A DNA stretch of 63,669 nucleotides from Mesotaenium endlicherianum. Lineage: Eukaryota. A program made the translations under genes and the position numbers. Below are positions 17,957-31,666 of this stretch, piece by piece. Numbering within the stretch: position 1 is the first letter of the stretch; each line of letters opens with the position of its first letter. The DNA lies in NCBI GenBank assembly GCA_009602735.1, contig WELA01003352.1:95933-159601 (forward strand). Reading direction: 5' to 3'. The notes under the pieces were generated by a model. It was given only the letters and a program-made list of their open reading frames with translations, was not told where the DNA came from and made no database searches.

Positions 17957-20900
17957 ATGGGTGGCACACGAGACAGTGTTGCTCTGCAAGGCGGGCATGA
18001 GCACATTCCCGTTATTTCTTCATGCTTGGACTTGCGTGAATTATTGTCCGAGACTGGCAGAGAGATTATTTGTTCCCGTCATAAGTCGATATGGTCTTTC
18101 ATAGCGCACGCGAGACATGTAGTAGTACGGAATTTACCTCAATTACGAGCAGCTTTCAAGGTATCAATCAACAATTTTATCCAGTGGTCAAGGCAAGGTT
18201 CTGTTTGGCGCCTCATTGCTGTAGCATCGGTATGGATTCAACTCCTTGGCTCGTGCATGTAAATGTAGCCACAATTGCATGCTGATTTAGCAATCATGTC
18301 ATTTTGTAGGAGCCAATTGCGTTTCACGTGGAAGTTGTCAGCATTGTCATTGATGGTATAAAAATCCATGCATGTTCACTGTAAAGGTTGGTTATGAAGC
18401 AATAAAAGTTGGTGAAAAGGTCTTCATGACACTGGACTGCAGATGGGTGTAAGTAAGCTGTCTCCTTATCAAACGGGTTTAGCAACTGCAGGCTAGGGGG
18501 CAACAGAAGTCCTGGGCTACCACTATCATTCTGCCGTTTGGAGAAACTAAGGGATGGAAATGAGTTTGTGGACGAAAAGTTTAGCGTGCCCAACCTTTAT
18601 CTTAAGAGTGTATCGATGCTGTGTCTTCAAGTTAGATTCTTGAACCTTCACGTGTTTCTGTGACATCGAGCCCCTTGCATTTGATGCTACTGTGGGGCCT
18701 ACTGGAAACACGTGTGGACTTGCTTATAGGTATCAAGGAAGGCCAGAACATGTCATCTCAGCCCATCATAGTTTTCTTTGTTTGAAGGGCAGATTGGCAT
18801 TGGCGTAGAACTGCAGCAGGCGCAACTCTTTCTTTCTTTCTCCACTTCTCTTGCTCAATGTGTGGTGAATGCCCTCATTTTGCATTACCCTTTCACAAAG
18901 AATTTAGAAGTTTCTTGAATCACTGTCCTGTTTTTGCACATTGCAAAGTCAAGAAACACTTGGGTGTAAACTTCTGTCGGCTGGACCTCTTCGACTTTTT
19001 TTTTGGCTATTTTGTACACTAGTTTGTCTATATGCCGGGCTACGGCAGAGTTTCTTGACACCGCTGTTGAACTGCTGGTCTTGTAGCTAAGGGGGATTTG
19101 GCTGGGTTTTGTACGTCCTTCATTAAGAGCAAGCCTTTCTGGCATGCCTAGAAAAAGCGCTGCTGCTTCTTATTTGAGTGGAGCAGCTGTCAGCAAAGAG
19201 GAAGATGTATGAAATGGAACTGCTGGCTTTCTTGTAGCTACCCCCTTCTCCAGTGCACTATCTACTCTCTGCTGCTGAGAGAGGTAGAAATTTGTGTGGC
19301 TTGCCTTATGCATGAAGAACTGCTGATATTCTTGGATTAGCACTTAATCGGTGGAAGAAATGGATGGGAAGAGTTTGACATAGAAGTGATATTAATTGGG
19401 GGCTGACTCACTTACAGTCTCATGTTATGTCCAAACCCAACGCCTGGCTCAGGGTTCTGTGTGTGCACGCGCGTGCGACTATGAAAGGCGAGACATACGC
19501 ATACATGTGAGCTTTTTGGGCCTACAGAGCATAGGAGCTGGTCAAAACTGATGCCGTCAGACCGTTTCTCACCTACACATGTAGCATAGCTGCTTCGGAG
19601 TGTGTTCCGACACCTCCTCCAGTTGCCGCATCACCCCCTCGTCTTCACTATATCTTGATCTGTCCCCTCAACATTCCATGTAACTCCCTTGCCTGCTTCT
19701 TTGTCCTTGTGTGCCACAGGGGGCGGCTATCGTGTCGCTTGTGCTCGGCGGCTTGGCCATCTTCCTTGCCATCGTCGCGGCTGCCACCCTCAACGTCCTT
19801 TTTGTGGTAGCCTTCCTCGCTGTTGTGGCCATTGGAAGCTGTTTGGCGTTCTTCTTGGGAACTGCCATCGCTGTCCTACTCGGAACGCTCAGCATTGGGC
19901 TCAGTGTCACCTTGTTCGTTGCGTTCGGACTCATCTGCTTCACCCTCTTCTATTCTGGTACACTACGCCCCCCCCCCNNNNNNNNNNNNNNNNNNNNNNN
20001 NNNNNNNNNNNNNNNNNNNNNNNNNNNNNNNNNNNNNNNNNNNNNNNNNNNNNNNNNNNNNNNNNNNNNNNNNNNNNNNNNNNNNNNNNNNNNNNNNNNN
20101 NNNNNNNNNNNNNNNNNNNNNNNNNNNNNNNNNNNNNNNNNNNNNNNNNNNNNNNNNNNNNNNNNNNNNNNNNNNNNNNNNNNNNNNNNNNNNNNNNNNN
20201 NNNNNNNNNNNNNNNNNNNNNNNNNNNNNNNNNNNNNNNNNNNNNNNNNNNNNNNNNNNNNNNNNNNNNNNNNNNNNNNNNNNNNNNNNNNNNNNNNNNN
20301 NNNNNNNNNNNNNNNNNNNNNNNNNNNNNNNNNNNNNNNNNNNNNNNNNNNNNNNNNNNNNNNNNNNNNNNNNNNNNNNNNNNNNNNNNNNNNNNNNNNN
20401 NNNNATGTGTGTGTTTGTGTGAGGGCGTGTGCGCGTGTGTGTCCGTATCGTGGTACACTTATTTCTGCAGACTTGGGGTTGAGCACACTTCATGCCCCAA
20501 GACGCCAGGACTAGCCACAGAGACATTTGGAGACATAGGACACAGCATAGAGCATGCAGGACATACATACCCCCCCTCTCTCTCACACACACACACACAC
20601 AGAGACACACGTACGCACGAACACACAACACACGCAGACACACGCACACACGCACACACCCACGCAAGTGCACGGGTTTCTCTTTGCCTGTTGTTGAATA
20701 CCTGCAAATTGCTGGTGGCTACCTATTTGCATACGGTGTTTTTCTACAACATCCTTGAGCATCGTAGTCCAAGCATGGTGTTGGCGGCTGAAAGCAGCAA
20801 GAAAGACCAAGTAGATGTTTCTCTGTCGCAATCTGCTGACCACCCAGAAGAAATCGTCTATTTATGACAGTTTTAGTGAGGAAGTAACGCTAGCCCAGTA

Positions 20901-21416
20901 TCGTTCTGTTTCAAGATGCCACATGCCTCTCAATTTCTGATGTGGCACGTCCTCGCATATCTTGCAGGCGCTATATTATGTTCCTGGCTCGCCTGGACAC
21001 TTGTCACAAGGGGATGGCAGCAAACGCTGGCTCTTGTTATGGACACAGTCAGAGGTGGCAGGGCTAAGAACAAGGGGCTTTCATCAGCGCCTCCTCCGAG
21101 CCTGAGCCCGAGTACAAACGGAAGCCTGAGTGCGAACGGAGGCCTGGGTCTTCCTCAAAGTGGTCTGCCTACTGAGACTGGGACGGAGGCCAAGGAGGTA
21201 TATACAACTCATGAGGTAAAAGAAGACGTGGGAGATCAAAAAGCAGAGCCTGCTCAGGACGGTGGGCATCTTCAAAGTTCTTCACCTGCCGAGAACGCTA
21301 CGAGCGACGAGCATCCTCCGACACATGCTACCTACTCTGAGGTTTTGAAAGCTAGTGAAGCAAGTGGCAATGGCTTACCTGATGTGTTGCCATCCCCCAT
21401 TTTGGTGGGAGCCTAG
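17957..21416 (+). CDS. LDIP: LDIP-like (LDAP-interacting / promethin-like) lipid droplet protein (~319 aa). Exons 17957-18229, 19720-19957, 20968-21416
   Basis: FIQWSRQGSVWRLIAVAS followed by a long hydrophobic tract (AAATLNVLFVVAFLAVVAIGSCLAFFLG...GAILCSWLAWTL) matches my recollection of plant LDIP (WTRRGS..RALL; AATANAIIISLL...GGFLALFF). Exon phases are compatible across the N gap. Start codon uncertain. Confidence 0.7.
19978..20404. other. Assembly gap (N run)
   Basis: Run of n. Confidence 0.99.
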
Positions 21417-23032
21417 GGTCATGCCACCAACTATCAAATTTGGAGTGTGTATACCAGGTATATAGGATTAGGGCCTGTGCTAGGTGTACTTGGCGTGGCA
21501 TTTTAAGTTAACATTTTCAGAAGTAGGGGCCTGCAGGCTATAACATGCTGTGTGCGTGTGCTGATGCAAGTAATAGGGGGGTAGTAAGGCTGGTGCTACA
21601 TAGTGTGCATGGGGATTTGTAATGAACAGAAGAATGTCATATTCAGTGGAAGATAGGCGAAATCGCAACTGTACAGTTCGGAATGTGGAAAAGGCTCATG
21701 AGCAGCCTGTACTAGTAAATACTCCAGTACTACCACACTAATCTAGAGGGTGCAAAGTCAAATGCCTCGAGGACGGTGTGACAGCCTTACTCAGTATTCT
21801 GCCTTGCATGCTCGAGTGGAAATATGTGTCACTAGTGGATATATGAGCATGAGGTGTAATCATTTTGGCGTTATGAGCTGTTTACGTGTTAAACGTTGAG
21901 AGGACAACGTATCTTTCTTTTTGCGTCAGTATTTGTTTATCTTCCGGTATGTCCTCACTCTCCTTCAAATAAGTTGCACTCCTTTTTCACGTGATGGTAA
22001 TAAGATTCAACAAGCATACTATTGGCCTGTACTCAAATTTCAGTGAACAGGTTTAGTTGGTCCATTCTCACTCACAAAGTTATTCTGTCTCTTGCCAGCT
22101 TGCGTGTCCTAAAGAGGTCTACTTTTTAACCTTCAGACTTTAACCTTTAAATCCGAATTAGTGAACCCTCGTGCACATGTCCCACGGTGCCTAGGCAACC
22201 TTGGTCAACCTTGTCGCAAATGATCACAATTATTTTCTGACCTCTTTAAATGTTTGACTAATGTGCCGTAAGACCTAGTAAGGCTGTCCATGATCGTGTC
22301 CGACTTGCTTATTGACTTACTTCGGATCCGACTCACTCTGCTTTTGACAGACGTGCCGTGGATCGCAGGCCAGAAAAACTCCGTAATTGAATGCATACAA
22401 CTGTAGCACATCAAAATAATGGGTATGCACGTCAATTTTGATGTGTCGAGGCTGACTCTAAGCTTGCAGGTGTCGAAGCTAGCGCTCGAGGCACGTGCTC
22501 ACTCAGATGGCCTTAGTTATTGTAAGAACTATGCTGCCATGCTTCGAGTATGTATGGGCCTGCTTCTTTTAAAACATTTTTTTGCTCGTGCTGCTCATCC
22601 GCGACGTATTTTGCTGCTGAAGTGATTAAGCAGCTGCTGTATAGGGCATCCTACGCTCCAGCATGAAAGAGTATCGTTGCTAGCTAGCTCGAAAGCTTCT
22701 GTACGTATAATATGAGCAGGCCACGCGAGGTCTTGCACCCGCAGTCCGGTACAGCCGCATGCAGTCATCCACTTTGGATTGGTGATTCTTCATGGTCACA
22801 CGTATTTCTGAGCTGAAGATCTGTGACCTCGGACTCACTTTTAAAGATACTGCATGCTGACATTTTTCTCGCCGTTTGAAGCTTAGGACAAGTCCGAGTA
22901 TACCCCATCCTCAGCAAGTTTACTTTCACATATGCTGAGTTCAGAAACTCTGAGTTTGAGGGAAGTGCAGAGTGTTGCATTGAGAACTGTACTCGCGTAA
23001 CGGACTCCATCGTAGACATCTCCTGGTTAAGG

Positions 23033-26000
23033 ATGCATAAAGGGCAAATGAAAGCGATGGAAGGAGGCACAGCAGAGATGAGCTATGCTGCCCAATCATC
23101 CATTCAAAGGGGCATGTGGGCTCAAGTTGCACCCGTCCTTCTGAAGTGCATAAAGGAGTCTTCTATTGACCTTTTGAGGATCTGCGGCCAGAAGGTGCAA
23201 GTGGCTGACTTTGGATGCTCGTCTAGCCTCAATGCTATATTACAGGTATGCTATGGCATAGACTAAATGCACCAAGGCCGGTAATGAATGGCCGAGCTGA
23301 GCTGATTCGTACCCCTTGACAACACTTTTGCCATACGTTATTGTTGAGAAACTCGTAACGCAGCCTCACAGCCGATGATGCCCTTTAGTTTATAAACTAT
23401 GCGCATACCTTGCCCAACGCACACATATAATTGACAACTAAGCAATAATCCAGGTCTACATGACGTAGACCTGGATGATTTTAGTCATGGACCAATTCAA
23501 GTATTCGGGTCTTCCCAGTTTCCTCGTTCTCAGAATTCGCAGTAAAGTGCATTAGATCTTGTGTCTTCAGCTTAAAAACAGATCTTGTGTCTTCAGCTTA
23601 AAAATAATATAAATCTCCAGCAAGCTGTAGGACAGTCAAAAAAAGCCTGAATGAATTGTGAGGCCACAACTAGTCACGCTGGAAGTACAGGATCTATGGT
23701 CATTGCACCTGATTTGCTTTTTGTTGCTAATTCTTTTCCTGATTCCAAGAGAACTATACTGAGACGCCTTGATGTTGCAGATGTGCAGTGTCACCGAGGT
23801 CCTCCAGCAGTGCTATGCTGCCCTTCAAGCATCCTCAGGCACCAACTCCTTAGGGGGCGACACATTGCAGATAATGTCGCACTTTTCAGATCTCCCATCA
23901 AATGATTTCAACACGCTCTTTCACTTTCTTCCACCTCCTTTTGTGTCTTCCTCACAACCTTCCCAAGATTCAGTGGGTAGGGATCGAGATGCCAAAGGAA
24001 GCATTTCTTCAGTCGTTGATTGTGACCAGATCCTTTCCGACATCATGGCTGACAGTGAGAAGCTCTCTAATAGAAAGTATTTTGCAGCTGGAGTTCCTGG
24101 CTCGTTTTACAACCAGTTATTCCCGACAGACTCCATCCATATAGCTATGTCCTCTACAGCCTTGCACTTCCTCTCGAAGGTGCCAGATGCCTTGACTAGT
24201 GGGAAGATCGTGAACAAGGGCCTCATACGCCCTCCTCCATCTGCTGTCGGTGGACCTGTCAGGGAAGCATATCAAGCACAGGTACTACGTACAACTGCTG
24301 CTGAGCAGCACCGGATGCATGCTCTCATTTGGAACTTTGCATTCAAGCTATGGAGTTTCTTGTGAACATAGAAGGCTTCAGCATCAGCTAGTGGGAGAAA
24401 ATCGCCGTCCAAGACCCTTTTGGCGGAAGTTTTTTGCAAGAGCATGCGCTGGCAGGAGAGTGGTTGAGGCATGTACTGTCTGTAGCCGGATGGCTATCAT
24501 CATCTCGTCGAGGAAGTGAGTGTCACAGGTAACGTGGCTCTTGTAGAGGTCTTTTGCGTGAATGATTGCTGGCAAACATTGATATGAAGTGCCTTGTCTT
24601 TAACTAAGTTGGATGGATTGCTCCTGTATGGATGGGCAGGCGCATGAGGACCTATGCACCTTCCTAGAAAAGAGAGGCAAGGAACTTGTATCTGGAGGCC
24701 TGCTATGGATGTTCATGCTTGGAGAAGCTCCGACGCCTTTTCCAGACTTCATGTCAGAAGCAATGCAGGTAGGGATGCATTCCTCAGAGGCTGTCTAGGT
24801 GACATTCCTTGCATATTCATCCAAAACATATTTAGTGTGGGGTTGATAAGGTGGCAAACCCAGAAATTATTGACGGCTTGCCTAGGGGAGAAACTTTGGG
24901 TAACGTGACTGGCCTTTTTTTTGCTTTCTATGAACTCAGTTCCCTGTTTACACTCTGTCGGCTTCTTGTGATTGGTGGCTGTCTGAAACCATTACAATTA
25001 TCGTTGTTTTCCACTGATGAAAACTTCCTAGTGCACGGCGCAGGTTGCGCATGTAAGACCAGAACTGTTGCTTCGACTTCTTAGGTTTTGAGATTCTCGC
25101 CTCCTCGACTCTAATTTTCATATATGAATCATGACCTCAAAATTTATATTGTTCTCGAAGTGCCCTGGCCTGATCTGTTACTCTATCTTCCTCTTTGCAT
25201 GCAAATCATCTGTGCCTCCTCTGCAGGCTTTAGTCGAGGAGGGCAAGCTCAGCCAGGATGTCCTGGACAATCTCAATCTGCCCATATATGACCGCAGACC
25301 TGAAGATATTCAGGCTGCTGTTGACTCCGTGGGGGGAGTCTTTCATGTGAAGCAACTGGAGCATAGGGAGCTACCCACTCTCTCTGAAATTGCTCGTCAG
25401 CCTGAGGTACGTATATGTAGCTACTGCTCAGTGTCCAGGAAATTCCATTTCCTTTCTAATACCCTCATCACTAGACACAGTTTGAGCCCAAAGCCTCTTC
25501 TTCAAGAAGGTAGGTTGTTGACTGAGCTCACTATCCTCAGAACAGTCCGTGAATCACGCGAACGGGTCATGTTAGAGAAAATTCTGCGATGGTTGTGAAT
25601 TTGAACAAGAAGGGTGAAAGTTGTTTTTCTGAAGAGTCACTTCACGCACTGCTGTTTATAAAGGTGATGCTAGTTCTTTTACTGGAGAGGCAGGTTCTTA
25701 AATGGAGATTGATGCTTGAAGGCCTAGATTGGAAGAGATTAAGAGTTGGGTTAAAAACGTCAAGGGTGGTATGTGCAAATTTCTTTGCAGTCAAAAGTTA
25801 ACTGGAGGTGGAAAATACTTACTTTGTTCTCAAGTGCTGAAACTTTTTGCTGGCAGCTCAAGGCTGAGCAAACTGCACGCATGCAGCTGGCTGTAATTTT
25901 GCCCACTGTGAGAGAGGCCATTGGTGAAGAGAAGTCTGAAGCTTTCTTGAGCAAAATGCTTGAGCAAGCTTGTCTTCATTCTGACAAGTTTCTTGCTCGG

Positions 26001-26039
26001 AGGCCCTCCGTCCTCGCGGTAGTGTTGCAACGGACTTAG
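23033..26039 (+). CDS. SABATH-family (Methyltransf_7) SAM-dependent methyltransferase, copy 1 (~401 aa). Exons 23033-23245, 23781-24281, 24640-24768, 25227-25406, 25857-26039
   Basis: MEGGTAEMSYAAQS, VADFGCSS, SDLPSNDFNTLF, YFAAGVPGSFYNQLFP, DLCTFLEKRGKELVSGG, LVEEGKLSQDVLDNLNLPIY; all junctions GT-AG, phase 0. Confidence 0.93.
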
Positions 26040-27726
26040 GCATTGGCATGGGGTTGCAGTAAGAACATCCATTTGAGCCAGCTTTGTAACTCGTATGTAC
26101 GCCAGTTTCTTATTGGATATTGGCCAGTAAAGTATAGATACATGGGCTGCTGGCCATTAGAGGGCTGGGCTACAAGAGGAAGTTCACTCAAGTGCCTTGT
26201 TTCTCCAACCACATGTATATAAAACCGATTACAGGCAGGTAGCTCTCTTCAATTATACATATAAGGATTCAAGATGTTATGTATCGGTGACAAGATGGGG
26301 ACCCTTGCATGTCAGGAGAGATGTCAAATCATGCGTCCCAGCTATGAATGTACCTCTTATGGCAGTCGAGGGAAATCCACTCAGCCCTTTGTATTCTGTT
26401 GGTCTAGCTTTCATTACATACAATGTCTGCATATTAAATATGCTCAACGTTTTCCTAGTAATTCCACTTATGTCCGCTGTGTTCTTCAAGCCAGAGCTAC
26501 CTGAAGATGTACTTGCCATCACAGACATACAGGTTGGAGCCTTTTTATACCAGACCTAGATTATCCCATTGTAACAAGTGTAACGTTTGACAATGCAATA
26601 ATGTGGTCAGGGCACAACTTCACTGTCGGTTGTTTCAGCGTGCACTTGCAGCCCTTACTATGCTTTTTCGAAAATGCTCATCCTAACGATTAGAATACTG
26701 TCAGAGGCACAAATACAAATGGTCTTACATTCTTGGAAAATGGACGTCGTCTTTCGCCGATCATCTCCAAAAAGTGCTAAGCCACGCAAAGCAGAAATTT
26801 GAAAGACTGTGCGCGTTGCTTTGCGCTCTTCTTCCTGAACTGTCAGGAACAGAAGGCCTAATGAATCACCTGTCGTGCAAATACCCTCAGGAGCACTCAG
26901 GGGAGTTCGAGTAGGTGTGACCTGAGTCGGTACTGGTACTTGTTGGTACTGGTTGGTACGCTCCATTTAATGAAGTAAAAGTGTACCTTCACTATAACAT
27001 TTTGCACGACACGCATAGCAAGATCTCTTTGTACAGAAGCTTTTGCAGTTAGTGTATTTAGTTTTAAGAATCACACTCGTGCATTTTTCGGCTCCCTGCT
27101 GGTACACACTTCGATACGCTCTTCACTCGAATGCAGCTTGCCTTTGTGCTCAGTGGCAACCTTGATCATTACTGTAACGTTTCAGCAAGAGGTAATCTTG
27201 CCTCTTCAAGTTAAGTGACGTAGGTAAAGAGGAAGACTTTCTCGCTTGGTAAGAAGTGTACATTTAACTTGGAGACACATATATGAGTAGCATTGTCTTC
27301 ATTGGCAGCACGATCTTGAAATAATATCAGCTTTACAAGCTTACGAGCTGAACAGAACACTTTCCGGGGCGAAACATTCAAGTAGACACCTCATGCCGAA
27401 TTTGGAGCTTTGAGCCGCTAAACCACTCCAGCTCCTACGTGCCTTTAATTTGCGGTTTGCAATTAGTGATATATTCACACACTAAGCTTCAAAAGTAGTT
27501 GCAGGTGAACAGGGCAGGTGTAGCTTCCCTATCAGCTTGGACCCAGCAGCTTGGAGGACACATGCAAATCGGCAAGTCATCATAATCCTCATGGCACCTC
27601 AACTCCCCTGCAGCTACCTCACGAACTAGAGGAAACCCGGCCTTCAGTACTGGCTGCCCGTGGATCGCTTCGCGTGCCTTCCGCCTTCAGCCTTTGGCCT
27701 TTGGCCTCTGGCCTTCGGCAGGGCCA

Positions 27727-30700
27727 ATGGCGGCAGGGCAGTGGGGCCCTCTGGACGTGCTGGTGCTGGTGCTGTACTTTCTGGGCCTCGCGGCTGTCGG
27801 ATTGTGGGCATCCAGGCGCGCTCAGAAGGCGCAGAAGGATCACGGCGCCAGCCATGACGACTACTTCCTGGCAGAGAGGAGCGTGCCCTACTGGGCCGTG
27901 GCCGCCTCCCTCTTCGCCTCCAACATCGGAGCCGAGCATTTCGTGGGACTGGCAGGCACCGCAGCCTACAGTGGGGTGGCAGTCGCCTGGTGGGAATTTT
28001 CTCCTCCTCTCCTCCTCTCCTCTCTCCTCTCACCTCTCCTCTTTCCGCTCTCTCCTCCCTCATCTCCTCTCTCCTTTCTCCTCTTTCCTCTCTCCTTGCT
28101 TCCGCCCCTTTCAACTGCTCCCCAAGGCTGGCTATGATGATCAGGCAAATGGACAGGCGAGGATTGGAAGCTCGGGCCGAATGGTGAATGGTGGGGTATG
28201 AAACTTTTTGTCGAGAGCTGTAATGGGCGAGGCCATGTACTCAGGCCTCGTGTTTGTTAAGGCCACGTTTTGGGGAGCGTCTCTAGTCCAGAGCTCCAGG
28301 AGAGAAGAGGGCGAGGCACAGGGGGGGACGGAGGGCGGCCGGGAGGAGGGCGGGNCACTCCTTACTGGGACAGGGAAAGCTTTTAAAGCTCGGGAGTCTG
28401 TTAAGGGCTCCCTCGTGCCTTTTTGGTCCTGCCCGGTATCAATATGATCAGAAACAAGAGAGGCGCAGGATGCTGTGGCACGGGCGGGTCTTGGTTGGCC
28501 CGTTGGGGGTGGCGCCTCTTTCTGCTGTCTGTGAACGAGGTGAAAGGCGAGAGGAAAAAAAACGGGACTAAGGATATCCGGACTCCCATACAGTAGAACG
28601 ACCATACAGTAGAACGAGCCGCTGGCTGACGGCACCAAGCAGGTGCCAGGTGGCAGCTCAGGGGCCTGCCCTGGGCCGGAGCTGCAGTCGGCCACCAGAG
28701 CCTCAAGAAATGGCAACTAAGCGCAATGTCACAAGCTTTTACTAGGGCCAATTTTCCCTCCAATCCTTCAACCCAGACCCTCAGGCGGGCCTACATTGTC
28801 GAGCCCTGGTGGTATCCAGCGCTACTTCTTCTTGTGGTGTTGTTTGCCGCATGTTAGACGTTGCACGGCATCCCTCCAGCCGAGAGTCCCTCTACAAGAA
28901 GAGGCGCTTTGTACTTCGCGATGCGATCTATGCATGTGATTGGGCGTGAGACCGGTCACACGCTCAGGGGGTCAAGTTAAGGTAGCAAGGGGGGGGGGGC
29001 ATGTACAAAACCAGTGGGAAGGCTTACCTCTGCTTCATCTAGCTTGTGGTGAGCGCAAACGGCAGTGAAGGAGACCGGAGACAAAAGATGTGCATTGCCA
29101 CCTGGACTATCCCCCTCTCCCCCCCCNAATCCGACCCTGTGCCCCTGCTCTCCTCCTCCCTCTCCTCCTCCTCCGCCTCCTCCCACGTCTTCTCTCACCT
29201 CCTCCTCCTCCTCTTCTTTCTCCTCCCCCCCTCATTCTCCTCCTCCTCTCTCCTCCTCCCTCTTATTCCTCCTACGCTTTTCCGGCCCTGTCGCGACTGT
29301 CAAATCCCCCCCAGGTACGAGTGGGGCGCGATGCCGTGCCTGCTGGCGCTGGGGTTCTTCTTCCTGCCCGTGTACATGCGCGCGCAGGTGACGACAATGC
29401 CGGACTGGGTGGAGCGCCGCTACGGCCCCTTCTGCCGCACCTTCATCGTGGTGGTGTCACTGCTGCTCTACGTCTTCACCAAGATCTCCGCCACGCTCTT
29501 TGCGGGCGACCTCATCATCCAGGAGGTGATGTATCTACTAAAGATCATACATACGATGGTCTTTGTCTTATGTAATATGATGGATAACGATGTGGATGAT
29601 ATTTAAGACCCTCGTTGCGTCTCGTGATCCCGTCGCTTCTTGCTGTGTGTTGTCGTTGCCCCGCCGTTGTTGTTTTGCCCCGCTGGCTAATGACGGGCCC
29701 TCTCGCCTTCGCTGCATTGCCTCCCACCTGCCCCACCGGCCACCCACCAGCTGCCATCTGCCACCCGCAGCCCGCTGCCAGCTGCCATGCACACATACAC
29801 TCTGTGCGCACGCACTCATGTAACACGCGCACACAAGTACGCTGTTCACCTGTGTAGGCGGGCGCAAGAGCGGTGGGTTGTATCCCGGCCCGCCAAACAC
29901 ATACACATACACACACACACGAAGAGAGATGAAGAGAGAGAGAGACCCATGCACACAGACATGCAGAAACGCACAAACGCACATACACGCTCTCACTCAA
30001 AGCTCCTGTGCGCCTGCGCCCGCCCGTGTGCCGTACGCCGCGGCCGCAGATCTCAAACATCAACAAGCTGGCGGCCACGCTGGTGCTTATCGTCGGCACG
30101 GCGCTCTACACGGTGACAGGTGGCATGGCCGCGGTGATCTACACAGAGGCGCTGCAGACGGCCATCCTGGTGGTGGGCGGGCTGTCCCTGCTGGGCGTGG
30201 GCATGTTCCACGTGGGCGGACTGCCGGGCCTGCGCGAGCGCATCACGCACGACCCCGCCTACTTCCACCTCTTCAGGTGCGCGCGCGCGCCGTTGCGAGC
30301 GGGAGAGGGAGACAGAGCGCTTGCCGTTGCGAGCGGGAGAGGGAGAGAGAGCGCTCATTGCGAGCGGGAGAGGGAGGGAGAACGCTCGCTCACGGGGAAA
30401 GAGAGAGAGAGAGAGAAAGAGAGAAGGAAGGAGAGGGAACGCGTGCTTGTGTGTGTGGGAGCGCGGGGGAGCAAGGCCAAGCTCCAGCCATTCTGTTTGG
30501 GGAGAGCGAGCGGGTAGTGCGCTGGGGGGAGAGCGGGCATCCGTGTGAAGTTGCTTGCTGTGTGCGGGCTTGGGAGACGTGTTTGACAGAGACGCGTGTA
30601 CGCGTTCAGGCCCTTCCTTCCGCGCGCTCGCGTGCGTTTGCATACTTATACGTTCTCCTGGGCAGGTCCTCAATGGGGTAAAGAAACAAGCTTTTCCACA

Positions 30701-31527
30701 CACGTGTGCGTGGCATCTGCAAGATATGCATACAGAAGCACATGCGATACATATTCGAATTTATGTATGCGCGTATGTTATACAGTATCCACTTCTTTGC
30801 ATGCGCGAAGCACATGTTGAAGTGCACAGTCACGGGTGTTTGCCCACATCGCCATCGTTTTCAGGAAAAGGCTTAGGATATGAAGGGGGGCTGGCATGCT
30901 TATTCCAGGAAACACTGGTCACCGAGCCTCAGCAGACGCCAAGTGGCAATCCCTCAACATTGCCATTTCCGCCCTTTGACGTGCTACTGACTGCGGTCCC
31001 CTTCTTCCGGGGTGCACTGGCCCGGGGGCAGGTCATCATCGGACGAAACGTTCCCCTGGACTGGCTACGTCTTCGGATACTACTTTGTGTCTCTCTGGTA
31101 CTGGGCCACCGACCAGGTACCCTATACCCCGACCCGAAACCCGAGACGAAAAATTACAACCCTGCTTCAAACCCTCACCTCAGAATTCTCACCCGGCCCA
31201 GAGACTTAGCCCAGACCTCCAGCCTCCGATTCAAGCCCCAACCTTCTACTTCAGACCTCGTAGCAGTACCCCGTCCCCTGCACCCCATGTCCCGAGCCCC
31301 AAGTTCGGAAGCAGCAGTGGTGCCTGGCTCGGAGCCTCCCATGGCGATGCCGTATAGGCGGTGGCCCCTGCAGCGCCACTTGAGTGCAGGGGCAGGGGCA
31401 GGGGAGCATGAAGGGCAAGGTGCGCGTGCTCCTGCGCGTGCGCTTTGCTTCAGCCCCTCGGGCGGTGCAGGCTCCAGCAGCGCAGCGCTGTCGCGCACGG
31501 ACTGCCTACATGGCAGCAGCGTGTTCA

Positions 31528-31586
<59 letters not shown>

Positions 31587-31587
31587 N

Positions 31588-31666
<79 letters not shown>

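Noticed and set aside
26197..26966. Short ORFs between SABATH copy 1 and the symporter
   Set aside because: No recognisable motif or consistent exon structure; likely 3' UTR or intergenic
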